A stretch of DNA of 64,000 nt. It comes from Octopus vulgaris (Eukaryota). The notes under the pieces were generated by a model. That model was not told the DNA's origin and did no database searches. It saw only the letters and a list, made by a program, of their open reading frames with translations. The stretch covers positions 71,672,001 through 71,736,000 of the forward strand of contig OX597827.1 of assembly GCA_951406725.2 (NCBI GenBank), written 5' to 3'. Shown here in pieces: positions 27,713-42,315 of this stretch; the first letter of the stretch is position 1, and every line of letters starts with the position of its first letter. The position numbers and the translations under genes are program-made.

Positions 27713-28100
27713 ACACACACACACACACATATATATATATGTACACACACACACAAAGATAAATTGTGCGGGCAAACAAAAATATGAGATACTGCCTAGT
27801 GGTTTTTATTTTGATAAGCCTGGTACTTATTCTATGAGTTTCTTCTTGTGAAACCAGTAAGTTATGGGGATATAAATAAACGAACACCAGTTGTGAGGCA
27901 GTGATTTGGGAGAAACACAAAGACACACACACAGACTTACATATATATGCGTTGATTTCTTTCAGTTTCTGTCTACAAAATCCACTGACAAGGCTTTGGT
28001 TGGTCTGAGGCTATAGCAGAAGACACATGCCAAGTTACCACTCAGTGGGACTGAACTGAGGACCATGTGTTTTGGAACGAAGTTTGTTACCACACAGCTG
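27170..28100 (-). repeat. Local duplication of a flank + SINE 3' half (27170-27440 vs 27750-27985)
   Basis: CACAAAGATAAATT...GGGCAAACAAAAATATGAGA...TTGATAA.CCTGGTACTTATTCTAT..GTTTCTTCTT occurs twice. Confidence 0.8.
27510..27637 (+). mobile_element. Retroposon 3'-end fragment inserted in (TA)n
   Basis: GC-richer island with hairpins (CACGTGAGAATATATTCTCGTG; CAATGCGTTCGCATTG) bounded by (TA)n; family assignment not verified. Confidence 0.45.
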
Positions 28101-28374
28101 TGTGTGTGTATGTGTGTATGGGTGTATATATGTATGCATGTATATATGTGAATATATATGTGTACATCTATATATATATATATATATACACGTCTACTCA
28201 TATACATGTATACATATGCATCTTTATGTATAGAAATAAATGTATACATATACAGCTATACACACATACACAGCAATACACACATACGCACACACATACA
28301 TAGGTGCAGGTGTGACTGTCTGGTAACAAACTTCGTTCCAAAACACATGGTTCTGGGTTTAAATTTAAATTTAA

Positions 28375-28795
28375 AATAATAAGGGGGAGAAATTGAATAT
28401 TAATTTGTTTGATATCAATTGAAAACCAGTGGTGTAGCATACAAGACCATAGCGGATCTTCTAGCAAAATGGATGTCCACTGTTAATGGTTCATCCTTCT
28501 TATATAATAGTTTGACTTTAATAGTTTCAGTATTAAAGTGAAAGTATCTGACATTACAATAGAGAGATGTTTTTGTTTCACTTTTAACACGTAATACTGA
28601 AATAGTGGAGAAGATATATTGTTGTAGGCTCGTCCTAGGCAAGAAGTTAGAAGTTTTTTTTTTCCCATGGCTCTACATGGACCCTAAGTAAGGCATGTGT
28701 AAAATTTGAATGATATTGGTTGTGTAGTTCTCAAGTTTTAGGGAAACAGACAGACAGACAGACACACATTCTCAGTTTTATATAAATAAAGATAT
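28375..28795 (+). mobile_element. HINE/Lep1-like (Helentron-associated) element 3' part
   Basis: AAAATTTGAATGATATTGG...AGTTTTAGGGAA(ACAG)n ACACATTCTCAGTTTTATATAAATAAAGAT, the classic (ACAG)n-subterminal architecture. Confidence 0.55.
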
Positions 28796-28804
28796 TTATT
28801 TTAT

Positions 28805-29132
28805 GACCCCTTTCGGTCAGACACTGACCATGGGTTTGCACCTAGAGAGTTGCCCTCTGAAGCACAAGTCTGGGCAAGGTTGTTTTATGGAAGACCAGCA
28901 GTCGCCCATGCATACCGGTTTCCCCTCTCCACGTCACCGATGTTGTCCAAGGCAAAGGCAAAGGAGCCGATACAGCTTGGCACCTGTGACGTCGCAACTC
29001 ATTTCTACAGCTGAGTGAACTGGAGCAACGCGAAATAAAGTGTCTTGCTCAAGAACACAATACGCAGCCCGGTCCGGGATTCGAGCTCACAACCTCACAA
29101 TCGTAATCTCGACGCTCTAACCACTGAGCCAC
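28805..29132 (-). mobile_element. tRNA-derived SINE, head B + CORE-like body + third tail T3
   Basis: Minus strand GTGGCTCAGTGGTTAGAGCG...GCTCGAATCCC...GTGTTCTTGAGCAAGACACTTTATTTCGCGTTGCTCCAGTTCACTCAGCTGTAGAAATGAGT, then a tail unlike T1 or T2. Confidence 0.85.
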
Positions 29133-29227
29133 ATATATATATATATACTAATGTATGTTTGTATAGAATGAATGAAGGGAGAACGAAAGAACGATTGATT
29201 GAATAAATGAATAGGGTGTGCATCGTA

Positions 29228-30278
<1,051 letters not shown>

Positions 30279-30575
30279 GTGAGAGAGCAGCGCATGCTAT
30301 CAAAGTGACACTTGGGTAAAAACATACGAAGCCCGGTATACCCGTCATGACTACCCGTCTGATAAGGGTACACCAGGCACATGCATGACAACCACATGTG
30401 CGCGAAATGGAGATCTCATATCAACATAAACAGCCCAGTTAGAAACTTCCTTCAGGTCGAGTAGCCCATCACGCTCAAAAGGTCCCTGAATAAGGATAGT
30501 GTAAGGATGTTGAAAGAACCACCCATGTTTCCAAAGGTGAATTATCCAAACCTCAAAGAATTTCCTTTCAACACA

Positions 30576-30789
30576 TGGCCTTGATACCCGCCCCCTACTA
30601 CTTCTACTCATGATCAGAGATGCACATATCGTCGGCCACTAAGGGACATGCTCAACTGGTTAAGGTCAAACAAGCGACAAGCAAATTTTGTGGACAAATA
30701 TCCGTCAAGTGTAAATAATGAAAATAATGTGCTTCTAGAATATTTGATTGACGGGTTGTGAAGTTTACCGAAAGAAAACCTTTCCTTTC

Positions 30790-30841
<52 letters not shown>

Positions 30842-30910
30842 CATACATAGATACCTATCTTGATACACACACACAGATATATATATATATATATATAGAT
30901 ATATAGATAT

Positions 30911-30977
<67 letters not shown>

Positions 30978-31530
30978 CATGCATACATACATACCTATCT
31001 TGATACATACATACATACATACGTACGTACGTACATACATACATACGTATGTATGTATGTACATACGTATGTATGTACGTACATACGTATGTATGTACAT
31101 ACATACATACGTACGTATGTATATACATACATACATACGTACGTACGTATGTACATACATACATACATACGTACGTATGTACGTACATACATACATACAT
31201 ACGTACGTATGTACGTACATACATACATACATACATACATACATACATACATACATACATACATACATACATACATACATACATACATACATACATACAT
31301 ACATACGTATGTATGTACATACATATGTATGTAAACTTTCGGTAAACTTCACAACCCGTCAATCAAATATTCTAGAAGCACATTATTTACATTATTTACA
31401 CTTGACGGATATTTGTCCACAATTTTGCTTGTCACTTGTTTGACCGTAACCAGTTGAGCATGTCCCTTAGTGGCTGACGATATGTGCGTCTCTGATGATG
31501 AGTAGAAGTAGTAGGGGAGCATCATGGCCA
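30576..31530. repeat. Long inverted repeat, arms 30576-30774 and 31336-31530, microsatellite spacer
   Basis: Arm 2 is the near-exact reverse complement of arm 1 (inner ~50 bp identical, few substitutions outside). Confidence 0.92.
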
Positions 31531-32018
31531 TATGTATGTATGTATGTATGTATGAATGTATGTATGTATGTATGTATGTATGTATGTATGTATGTATGTA
31601 CGTATGTATGTATGTATGTAGTGTTGAAATTTACAGAAAAACAAAAAGACGAAAACAGGTGTATGAACAACAATTAGGTGTGTTAGTTTGACGCTCGGGA
31701 AAGTGAGAAATATATATATATATATATATAAGTAGAAAAATGAAATATCTTTTTATGGATAATTCGTTTAACCGATACCTGGGTAGCAAATTCACATCAG
31801 AAATAACACGCTATGCGCTCCGTGAGAGCAGTCATCTAAAAGTTTTTGTGAATCTTGATGTTGACATAAATTCCTTGTTTTTCCTGATGAGAAAGCGGCA
31901 TAATGTACTCCTTATTCCTTCACAATTAGGAATATGCAGCCTTCGAAACATATGTCGAAAATAAAGGAAATTTGTTAATTTGTCGTTCAACTCCATTCTT
32001 TCATTTATTCATAAATTT

Positions 32019-32096
<78 letters not shown>

Positions 32097-32099
32097 TTA

Positions 32100-32468
32100 T
32101 CTTTTACTTGTTTCAGTCATAAGACTCTGTCCACGCTGGGGCATCGCCTTAAAGGGCTTTAGTCGAAAAAAGTGAACCGCGACATATTTCTTTTTAAGCT
32201 TTGTAATTATTTCTATTGGTCTCTTTGCTGGACCCCTAAGTTAAGTTACGGGAACGTAAACATCCCAACACTGGTTGTCAAGCAGTGGTCTCACACGCAT
32301 ACACACACACTCACATGTATATATACACTGCGGGTTTCTTCTAATTTCCGTATACCAAATCCACGCCCGGAGACTGCAGTAGAAGACACATTCACCCAAG
32401 GTGTCACGCAGTGGGACTGAACACGGAACTACGTAGCTGTGAAACAAGCTTCGTACCAAACAGCTACG

Positions 32469-32470
<2 letters not shown>
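32100..32470 (-). mobile_element. Copy of the most abundant SINE family (tRNA head, CORE-like CACCTTGGGCAAGTGTCTT, internal (GT)n, 3' CAGCATGGCCGCAGTC..TGAAACAAGTAAAAGA)
   Basis: Same family at 62592-62980 (+), 34503-34935 (+), 36290-36497 (+), 41695-42095 (-), 39940-40100 (+), 55470-55660 (+), 56575-56715 (-), 27955-28100 (-), 7615-7730 (-), 12300-12460 (-). Confidence 0.85.
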
Positions 32471-32562
<92 letters not shown>

Positions 32563-32722
32563 TGTGTGTGCGTGTGTGTGTGACCACCGCTTGATAATCG
32601 GTGTTGGTGTGTTTATCTTCCAGTAACTTAACTTAGCGGTTCAGCAAATAATTGGCTGACGACTAGCATCACGCTTGAAACTCAAGAGTACCAACAACGA
32701 ATTTGAATGAAACTGTTTTGAT

Positions 32723-32809
<87 letters not shown>

Positions 32810-33572
32810 AAATCATTTTCCAACAGGGGAACTTTTGGACGTGTCGACGTTTATCGCAAGAGCTAGGCTGGACAGAAATGTCTTTCGTTGCTTGACAAAT
32901 ATTTTTATCGCTTACGTTTACATTTATTTCAGTATGATCTCACGTTCCACAGGAGCAAGGAACACCACCCACAACCCGAATAAAAACGAACATAACACCA
33001 GAGCACAAACGAGCAGAAAATAACTGAGACTCAGTTTTATAGGCTGGCACAAGCAGTTTGTCAAATTAAAGCATTAACGAAATTTTAAAATAAATCGTTT
33101 CCAACAGTGAATCTCGAAGGAGAGAAAGCTACAAAGAATAGCGTGCAAATTAGGGGTTTAAAAGAAAACAATGGTACAAAAAAATCGAAAGTTGTCCGTG
33201 GGGTTCGGGCCCCACATCTGTAAACATGACAGGCATTCTAGTATAACAAAGAAACTCTTTGAGGTTTTGTCATCCATTTTAGAAGTTTTAATTTTACCTG
33301 CGAGAATTGAATGTTTTCATCGTAAAAGAAAAAAAAAATTAGAAACTTCGAGAAAACACAATTTACCCAATACAAACAAAACATTAAGACAACAACAACA
33401 TTTTTTTGCCAGCGTTCCTAACCAGAGGGAAGCATTAAACATTGCTCAGCTGCCGTGTCCGACAATGCCAACCGCCAGCCTGTTAAATGTAATTTCTTTT
33501 TAAGAATGGAGATTACTGCTATGTTTATGCTGGCATGTAAGAGCCATCGTTTATTTTTATTCCTCTTGAAAA

Positions 33573-34500
33573 ATGGTAAGTACTGATACTCTCCAAAAGG
33601 AAACCCAGGGGACAGGTATTTTTTGCCTGAAGTATTTAACGAAAGAACCCAAGAAGGAAGGTGATATGTCTCTGCTTCGCAAACGCGGAAGAACGTTTGC
33701 AATCGGAGAAAACCTGATGTTTTGTTCTAGTGGTATGAGTGTGTGTATCTGGTCTTTCAACTGAGTGCGAAGCAAGAAGACGGACAGTGTTTCTATGTTT
33801 ACATAACAGACTATAAAGTGGGACAACGACGAGACATGAATTTCACGACGAAGAACGATTTTAGGAACGTTTAGCCGTGGTTTGTTGCCGCCTTTGTGGC
33901 ACAATACGGGCAGACGGTGATCACTGAAGTGAGCAGAAATGAAATGTGGAATAGTTGACTGGGATGGGGGTGTTTAGACGTGCAAGTTCTAACGACCGCT
34001 TGAAGATCACAAAGTTATATCTGAAGCTTACCATATTATGAATTCAGAAAATAAAAACCAATAAAACTAAGGACACAAGGCAGAGAGCCCTACTCCTGCT
34101 GTTTTGTGTGATAGTAAGAGCCATTTGAGGGCTTTATGCTGAGAGGAGATGGAAAAGCAGAGAAAGAGAGGAAACGGAGTAAGAGCACAGGCAGTAAAAA
34201 CAATAGCAAGCAGCAAAACCTGTCATTTCCGAAGTCATCACCGGTCGCAACAGGGTTTGCGGAGCTAAGGATAAGAAAAGAACGAAGGTATATATTCGTT
34301 CTCTCTATCAGGAGTCGAAAACCAGGGATCCGTTCTACCAGCCATAACAAGTAATCCACTCCGTCGTTTTGCGACGATAGGGACAACATAATGGGCGAAC
34401 AGAGGAAGTAAATTCTCAAGGACAATAGAAAAAAGGGGCAAAGGAGGCAAAACGAATACGACTCCACGCAAAGGATGGGAAGAATGTGCGAAGAGGAATC
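33573..34500 (+). pseudogene. Degraded non-LTR retrotransposon ORF1-like sequence with CCHC zinc knuckle (Tx1/L1-like, tentative)
   Basis: Non-repetitive coding-like stretch; GR.P..C-x2-CDSKSHLRALC at 34097-34139 restored by one frameshift, then a basic low-complexity tail; multiple stops. Confidence 0.5.
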
Positions 34501-34502
34501 CA

Positions 34503-34935
34503 GGCGCAGAGGTGTTTGTATGATTAGAGAAGCTTGCTTTGCAACCTCGCGGTTGCGAGTTCAATTCCGTTGCGCGGCACCTTGGACAAGTGTCTTTTAC
34601 TATAGCCCCGAGCCGACCAAAGCCTTGTGAGTGAATCTGGTCTGACAGATACTGTGTGGAATCCCGCTGTACATACATATATGTGTGTGCATGCTTGTGG
34701 GTGTATGCCTCTTTGTGTGTGTGCGCGCGCGTGTGGGTGAGGCTTTTCTGTTTCTCCCCACACTTCTTGACAACCTCGCGTTCTTTACTTGTCCACAACC
34801 TAGCAGTTCGACAAAAACACCGATAGAATAAGTCCCATACTTAAAAGAATAAGTATTGGGAAGGAGTTCTATTTGTTGTACGTGGAGGCAGTGCCCCAAC
34901 ATGGGCTTAGTCCAATGACCGAAACAAGTAAAATA
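34503..34935 (+). mobile_element. Near full-length abundant SINE
   Basis: GGCGCAG..head, CACCTTGGACAAGTGTCTT, CCGACCAAAGCCTTGTGAGTG, 3' GAAACAAGTAAAA. Confidence 0.85.
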
Positions 34936-35155
34936 ATCGTATCCTTTAACTGAAGTAAAACAAAAAAGAAAAAAAAAATCAATCAATCGACTCGTCATTG
35001 AATCGATGAAGACATATGTATTGATCTGCAATACAGACTACGTTTGCGTGGAAAACATCGAAGAATAGATGTGTGATTATGTTTTCATTGAACAGCGAGA
35101 AAAGCAGATTTAGGGAGCAATTTTTGGTTTTGTACATCGGTATTAAAAACAAATG

Positions 35156-35242
<87 letters not shown>

Positions 35243-35427
35243 TAGATAGATAGATATAGATAGATAGATAGATAGATACATACATACATACATACATACA
35301 GACAGACAGACATATAAACACACCCATATATATACACATACACATATATAAATGTGCGTGTGTGTATGTATGTAATCATGAATGTATGTGTGTATATATA
35401 CGTACACACAAACATCTGTGTTAGGAT

Positions 35428-35464
<37 letters not shown>

Positions 35465-36555
35465 ATACATATACATATGATACACACACACATGTATACA
35501 TATGTACACAGTGTGTGTAAAAGTGTGTGTGTGTATTTGTCTTTGTAGAACGGAATGTACATGTTATAATGACGGGTAATGACTTATTGTTATAAAAAAT
35601 AAAGCTTTTCCAAACACGACCAGGATACTACAGTCGTCACTCACCATATCACGGTTCACCAATCGCGCCCTCAGTACATCGCGGATTTTTCTGGCTAATA
35701 TATGTAAATTTATATCGCGGACTCCTTAGTATATCGCGGGTTTCTGCGGCCGATAGGTATGTACATAATTTTAGATTTTCAACTGAACAATGACATACAT
35801 AAATAAATAGATAGATAGATACATACATACATACATACATATACATACATACATACATACATACGTACGTACGTGCGTACACACATACATGCATACATAC
35901 ATATACATATGTATGCATGTATGTATGTATGTGTGTATATACGTATGTATACTTATTTATTTCATATTAGATGGAAGCAGTATGGGGTCAAAATAATGTT
36001 TATGGAAGTTGTTGCCGCAAGAGTAAAACTGAAGTTGTGTGGCTTTATCTGGTATATCCACATTAAGTAAGATATACAGAATCACACACATACACACACA
36101 CACAACTACAAACACACACACGTGCACAAAAACACACGCACACACATTACTGTTTGTTATGTTCAGTTATAATAAAAATAATTTTACATTAAACTGATGG
36201 ATTACTCGATACATTTGGTAGAGTACAACATTCTTATTCTTAAACAAGAATGCTATTGACAGTAAAAATATAAATATAAATATATATATATGTTTGTGTC
36301 TGTGCTTGTCCCCCTCCCCAACATCGCTTGACAGCCGATGCTGGTGTGTTTGCGTCCCCATAACTTAGTGGTTCGGCAAAAGAGACCGATAGAATAAATA
36401 CTAGGCTTACAAAGAATAAGTCCTGGGGTCGATTTGCTCGACTAAAAGGCTGCACTCCAGCATGGCTGCAGTCAAACTGACTGAAACAAGTAAAAGAATA
36501 TATATACATATATATATGTGAGTGTGTATGTATACACACACGCACACACACGCAT

Positions 36556-36606
<51 letters not shown>

Positions 36607-36851
36607 CATACATATATATAGTAGAATAAGAAATAGAAAGTCCTTGGTACAGTATTATATATATTAGAAAAAAATGAATAGAAATGGTTTTTCTGATAAT
36701 TTTTCCACTTTAATAATTAGATGTTTATAATCAGTCACCTTTTGTAAATTTACAAACGTCTAATTATTAAAGTGGAAAAATTATCAGAAAAGTCATTTCT
36801 ATACATTTTTTTTCCAAATATATATATATATATATATATGTATGTAGTATG

Positions 36852-36934
<83 letters not shown>

Positions 36935-36945
36935 TTACACATACG

Positions 36946-36999
<54 letters not shown>

Positions 37000-37004
37000 C
37001 GTAA

Positions 37005-37035
<31 letters not shown>

Positions 37036-39549
37036 GTTACATACATACATACATACATACATAAATACATACACATGTATATGTATTTATGAGAAAACGT
37101 ATGAAAAGTACAAAATGCAGTTCGTGTCATTTGTTCTCTGAGCAGATTTCACTCCGTTTTTGCGTTTACGATGCTGTCTGCCCCCCCCCTCCACCTTTAT
37201 TCCCCCACCCCCTCTGTACACCTTAATAACCAGTAACACCACCACGAAGTAGGAGCAGTCACCACCCACGAACGAACACTTCTTACCAGAACCCGGACTG
37301 GACTGGACTGGATGCTGATAAGTCTTATACATGGATCTCTTGAGATTCACCAAGTAGCAGTCGTACACACCAACAACAACAACAACAGCACACACAGCAA
37401 ATAACTACATACCTGGCAACGCCTCCCTCAGCAGGAAACCCCTTAAATAAGTATCACCCTAATCAGAATTAGACTCCCCGAGAAGCATAATCACGTAATA
37501 TCAATGTACAGTATAACATTAATAATAAAACTTCCATAGACCAAGAAACCCATGCATATTATTATCATACTGGCTTTCTTTTTCCCGATCTTTTCTTCCA
37601 GCTCTGCAAGACATTACGTTGCAACTATTTATATCTCTCGCTTTCATAGTTTCTCTATATTTTCCATTCTTCCATTCTTCCATTCTTCCATTCTTTCATT
37701 CTTTCGTTCTTTCTTTCATTATTGCAATTTAACTTTCTACTCTGTTTCTTTCGGCTTTCCCCCCTCTTCATCTATCTTTCCTTCTCTTTTCTCTTTCTCC
37801 TTTTCATTTACTTAGTCTTGCGTGATGTGTACGCCTATCTTTCTATGTCTGTGCGAAAGACTGCAGAAGTACGTACGATGTAGAATGTAGAATGTATGTA
37901 CGTACATACGTACTTACGTACGTACGTACGTATGTATGTAAGTGTAGTGATGTGGCTGTGTATTTGTGAACATGTTTCTATACGCATACATATCTATGTA
38001 CTCGCACTCATGTATGTCTGCATATGTGTCTATAAGAGTGAGTGTGTTGTGTGTGGTTGTGTTTAACGATGTGTATGTAATGTGTGAAGTGTGATATGTG
38101 TATATTTGATGATGTGTGCTTCACTGAATGATTTGATAGTGTTGTTTTATATTGAATTATTATTGAAATAATATTGATAAATGGATAGCTCATAGATTTT
38201 CACAGAGCTCTGGTAATTTAGAATTGTTTTAGCTAAACGGCCTTTGTAAAGGCTATAATCAAACGATACTTCATTGGCAAGACAAAGAACGCTAATTATA
38301 AAAATCTTTCGATTTATATCATTTTAATTAGCGATAAATGACAGCTTAATAAACTCACTGCAATACACTTCAATCGCAATTTTTAAAAAAAGGCGGCAAT
38401 AGAGAAAAAAGAAAAATATATACGAGATATTTTTAATTAACATATCTTCAAGATGACATCGACATTACACGGAATAATCTTAGTTTATGATAGTTTCATT
38501 GCTTCATAGATTTCATTTGAGTTTTATCTAAATTTTATCCCGAACATTCTAGATTCTTGGCTGCTGTTTGTTGCTTCGTATATGGCCGTCTGCTTCGAGA
38601 AGCTCTTTTGTGGTGGAGATCTTTTTGCAATTGTTTTGTAGATAATGTCGCTCTACAATGTGTTCGCTTTTGTATCATTTTTCAAAACCTGACTCTAAGA
38701 CTTTCTTTCATCATGAAACAAACGAGTACAAAGAAAACATAAAGACATAAATGGACAAATAAATAAATAAATAAATACGTTACTTTGATAGACTAACCAT
38801 AAAATATCAATTTAATCTTAAAATTGAACAGAACACAAAATTTCCTTGATTGAAAATTATCGTTTTATTCTTAAATATCAGCTGTTTTATTATAGCTGTT
38901 AACCCTGGTTATTTGAACAAGGACGGCGTATAAGAGAGGATAAGATTTAAATAGAGGTGAATGCCCGGGTAAAAAAAGAAAAATGCTACAAGGCTATATA
39001 AACACGCAGTAGAAAGTGTACAGAAATCCTTCATGGAAATTCTCGATACGGTATTATCGTTTCAATAGCGAGAGATTTGTTTAATATGTCGTCCTGTTTG
39101 TATTCCACTTTCTTCGCTGGCATCACCTCAATGCGCTCTTTTGTGGTGGAGATTTTAAGCAATTGTTTTACAAATAATATCGTTCCACCGAGTTCTCTTT
39201 TGTGTTATTTCACACAACGAAATGTTAAGAATCCTTTGATCTCAACACAAACTAGTACAAAGGAAATATTAAGATGTTAATGAATAACTATATAAATAAA
39301 TAAACGAACTAGTAACTACACAAATCGATCGGGGGTTTGATATGTTCATTGGTTCTTTGCTTTGTTTTTAACCGACGTTGTCGGGTCATGCTGGAGCACT
39401 GCCATATGCGACATATGAAAGTATTGAATTTAATATTTTGAGTCAACGGAACACAAACCATTCTCTGACTGAAAGATTATGTGGCTTCTTTCAATTGTTG
39501 CTTTTGACAATGGTTTTAAACCTATCAGTATGAATAAGATAAAGAATGT

Positions 39550-39633
<84 letters not shown>

Positions 39634-39698
39634 GGAAAACTGTGATAAAGAAACAAAGAAACAAAAACAGAATAAAAGTGAGAATATATGTCTGTAAT

Positions 39699-39911
39699 GT
39701 GAAGGCGCGTGGCTTAGTGGTTAGGGCATTCGGCTCCTGATCGTAAGGTCGTGAGTTCAATTCCCGGCGGCGCGTTGTGTCCTTGAGCAAGACACTTTAT
39801 TTCACGTTGCTCCAGTCCACTCAGCTGGCAAAAAATGAGTAGTACCTGTATTTCAAAGGGGCCAGCCTTGTCACGTTCTGTGTCAAGCTGAATCTCCCTG
39901 AGAACTACGTT
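39699..39911 (+). mobile_element. tRNA-derived SINE, head B + CORE-like body + tail T1 (3'-truncated)
   Basis: GAAGGCGCGTGGCTTAGTGG...GAGTTCAATTCCC...GTGTCCTTGAGCAAGACACTT...AATGAGTAGTACCTGTATTTCAAAGGGGCCAGCC; distal part of T1 seen alone at 44553-44693. Confidence 0.88.
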
Positions 39912-41077
39912 GAAAACCGGTATTAGTTTGTTTAGCATCCCAGTAACCTAGCGGTTCGGCGAAAAGGAGCGATAGAATAGTTACAAGACTTCATAAAACG
40001 TAAGAACTGGGGATCGTTTTGTTCGCCTAAAAAAAAACCTTTCAATGCGGTGCCCCAGCATGGCCGCAGTCCAAAGACGACTGAAACAAAGTGAAAGATA
40101 AGAAAGATAAATGATAAAAGAACGATATCTTACGGTTTATGTCTTTTTAATTAGCGGTAAATGACAGCTTAATAAACCCGTTGCAATTCACTTAAATCAG
40201 AATTGTTTGTGAAAAATGAAGGCAACTTAGAAAAAAAAAAAAACGAACGAAGCAAATAAACTAACAAACAAACGAAACAAAACAAAAAATTATTTTAGAA
40301 AAATTTTAATTAATGGCGGTTGAACGATTAAAGTTTCGTCATAAGAAAACCATAGCAACTGAACGGGTGGCTTGTATGTTTGTGTGTGTCTGTGGCAGGC
40401 ATCTATTAAAACATGCTGTCGCGAGGTCAGCTTGATCAGAAGTGTCGTGGGGTTATGAAAGAAAAACCAACTGCGTTGAATATGTTCCCAAGTGTTCGTC
40501 TGACAGAGTGGTTAAATACGACATACACATTGGTGGCGATGGCGATGCTGATGGTTGGTGGTAGTGGTGGTGGTGGCGGGGGATCGGAGTTCGATGGGAA
40601 ATATGAATAGCTAACATGCAAATATAACAGTTTGAACGAGAGGAATGCGTAATCTGTTACGTGTAAACATAAGTGTTGTACAGTAAAGATTGATTTGGGA
40701 TTAGCAACCGGAGTGTGTGTGCGGATGTGCGGACGTGCGGGCGTGCGGGCGTGCGGGCGTTCGTGTTTGGGGATTGAATGAGAACGGCTTTGAGTCTCCC
40801 TCTCCAGATTCTTCTCACTCTGAATTATTAATTTCATCAACTCGCACGACCAGCACCACCACGACCACCACCACCACCACCAATATATTCATAAAAAAAT
40901 GTGTATATAAGCCAAAACAAATTTTTGGCCGTTTGATGTTTTAATAATTGTTTATGTTATATTATATTCATAGTATATTATAAATAAATTATTGAATTGT
41001 CAATTGTATCTCTCTATTTAATTCCATCCATCCATCCATCCATCCATCCATCCATCCATCCATCCATCCATCCATCC

Positions 41078-41111
<34 letters not shown>

Positions 41112-41128
41112 ATATATATATATATATA

Positions 41129-41218
<90 letters not shown>

Positions 41219-42315
41219 ATATATGTGAGAGAGAGAGGGAGAGCAATAGAGAGAGGGTAAAAGAGAAAGAAAATGTGAAAGAGGAGAGCGAAATAGAGAG
41301 AGGAGGAAAGAGAAAGAGGAAGTGAGAGAGAGAAGGAGGAGAAACTCTAATCTGTTCCTTGACCTGTCAGAAATAACAACCCTGGATTATTCATTTCGAC
41401 AACTCCCGGCGCAACCACAGATACCACCAGGATAATATATTTTGACTCATTGAGAGAGGGGGGGACGAGGACAGACAGATAGAAAGACATAGATTGGAAA
41501 GGAGGGAGGGAGAGAAAGAGAGAGACTAAACTGACAGTGAACCTTCCCTACCAGCGCAAGATAAAAAAAAAAGGCGTGCTATATCATCCGTGGAACGTCT
41601 TACTCCATTGAATCTGACCCAGAACGAATTTGCGAGGAAAACCATTCTAGTCCGAGTTTCATTTGGTTAAACTTTACAACTGGGTAATCTTCCATCTTTT
41701 GCTTGTTTCAGTTACTTGGAAGGGGGCCATACTGGGGCACCACCTCGAAAGGTTTGGTCAAAGAAATCAACCCCAGTACTGTTTTTTTTTTCTTTTAAGC
41801 CAGACAACTAAGTCACGGGGATGTAAATAAACCAGTACCGGTTGTCAAGCAGTGGTGAAAAACAATCACAAACACAGATACATAAACGTATATATATATA
41901 TACATAGATACACACAGACTCAATCACACACACACAGATATATACACGACAGGCTTCTATCAGTTTCCGTCTACCAAATTCATTCACAAGGTTTTGGTCG
42001 TAGAAGACACTTGGCCAAAAGGCTGTACAGTGGGTCTGAACCCGGGACGGCGTGAACAAGAAAGAAACTTCTTACCACACAACCACACCTGCAGTTATGT
42101 GAGTGTGTGCACGTGTGTGTGTGCACGTGTGTGTGTGCACGTGTGTGTGTGCACGTGTGTGTGTGCACGTACTGCTGCGCGCGTGTGTGCGTGTTATAGG
42201 CGCAGAAATGGCTGTATAGAAATGGCTGTTCGACTAAAACCTTTCAATGCAGTGCTGCAGCATGGTCGTAGTTCAATGACTGAAACAAGTAAAAGATGAA
42301 GAATATGATATAAAA

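Noticed and set aside
33573-33581. ATG|GTAAGT first-exon donor
   Set aside because: No downstream coding exon found; the region is better explained as an ORF1 relic.
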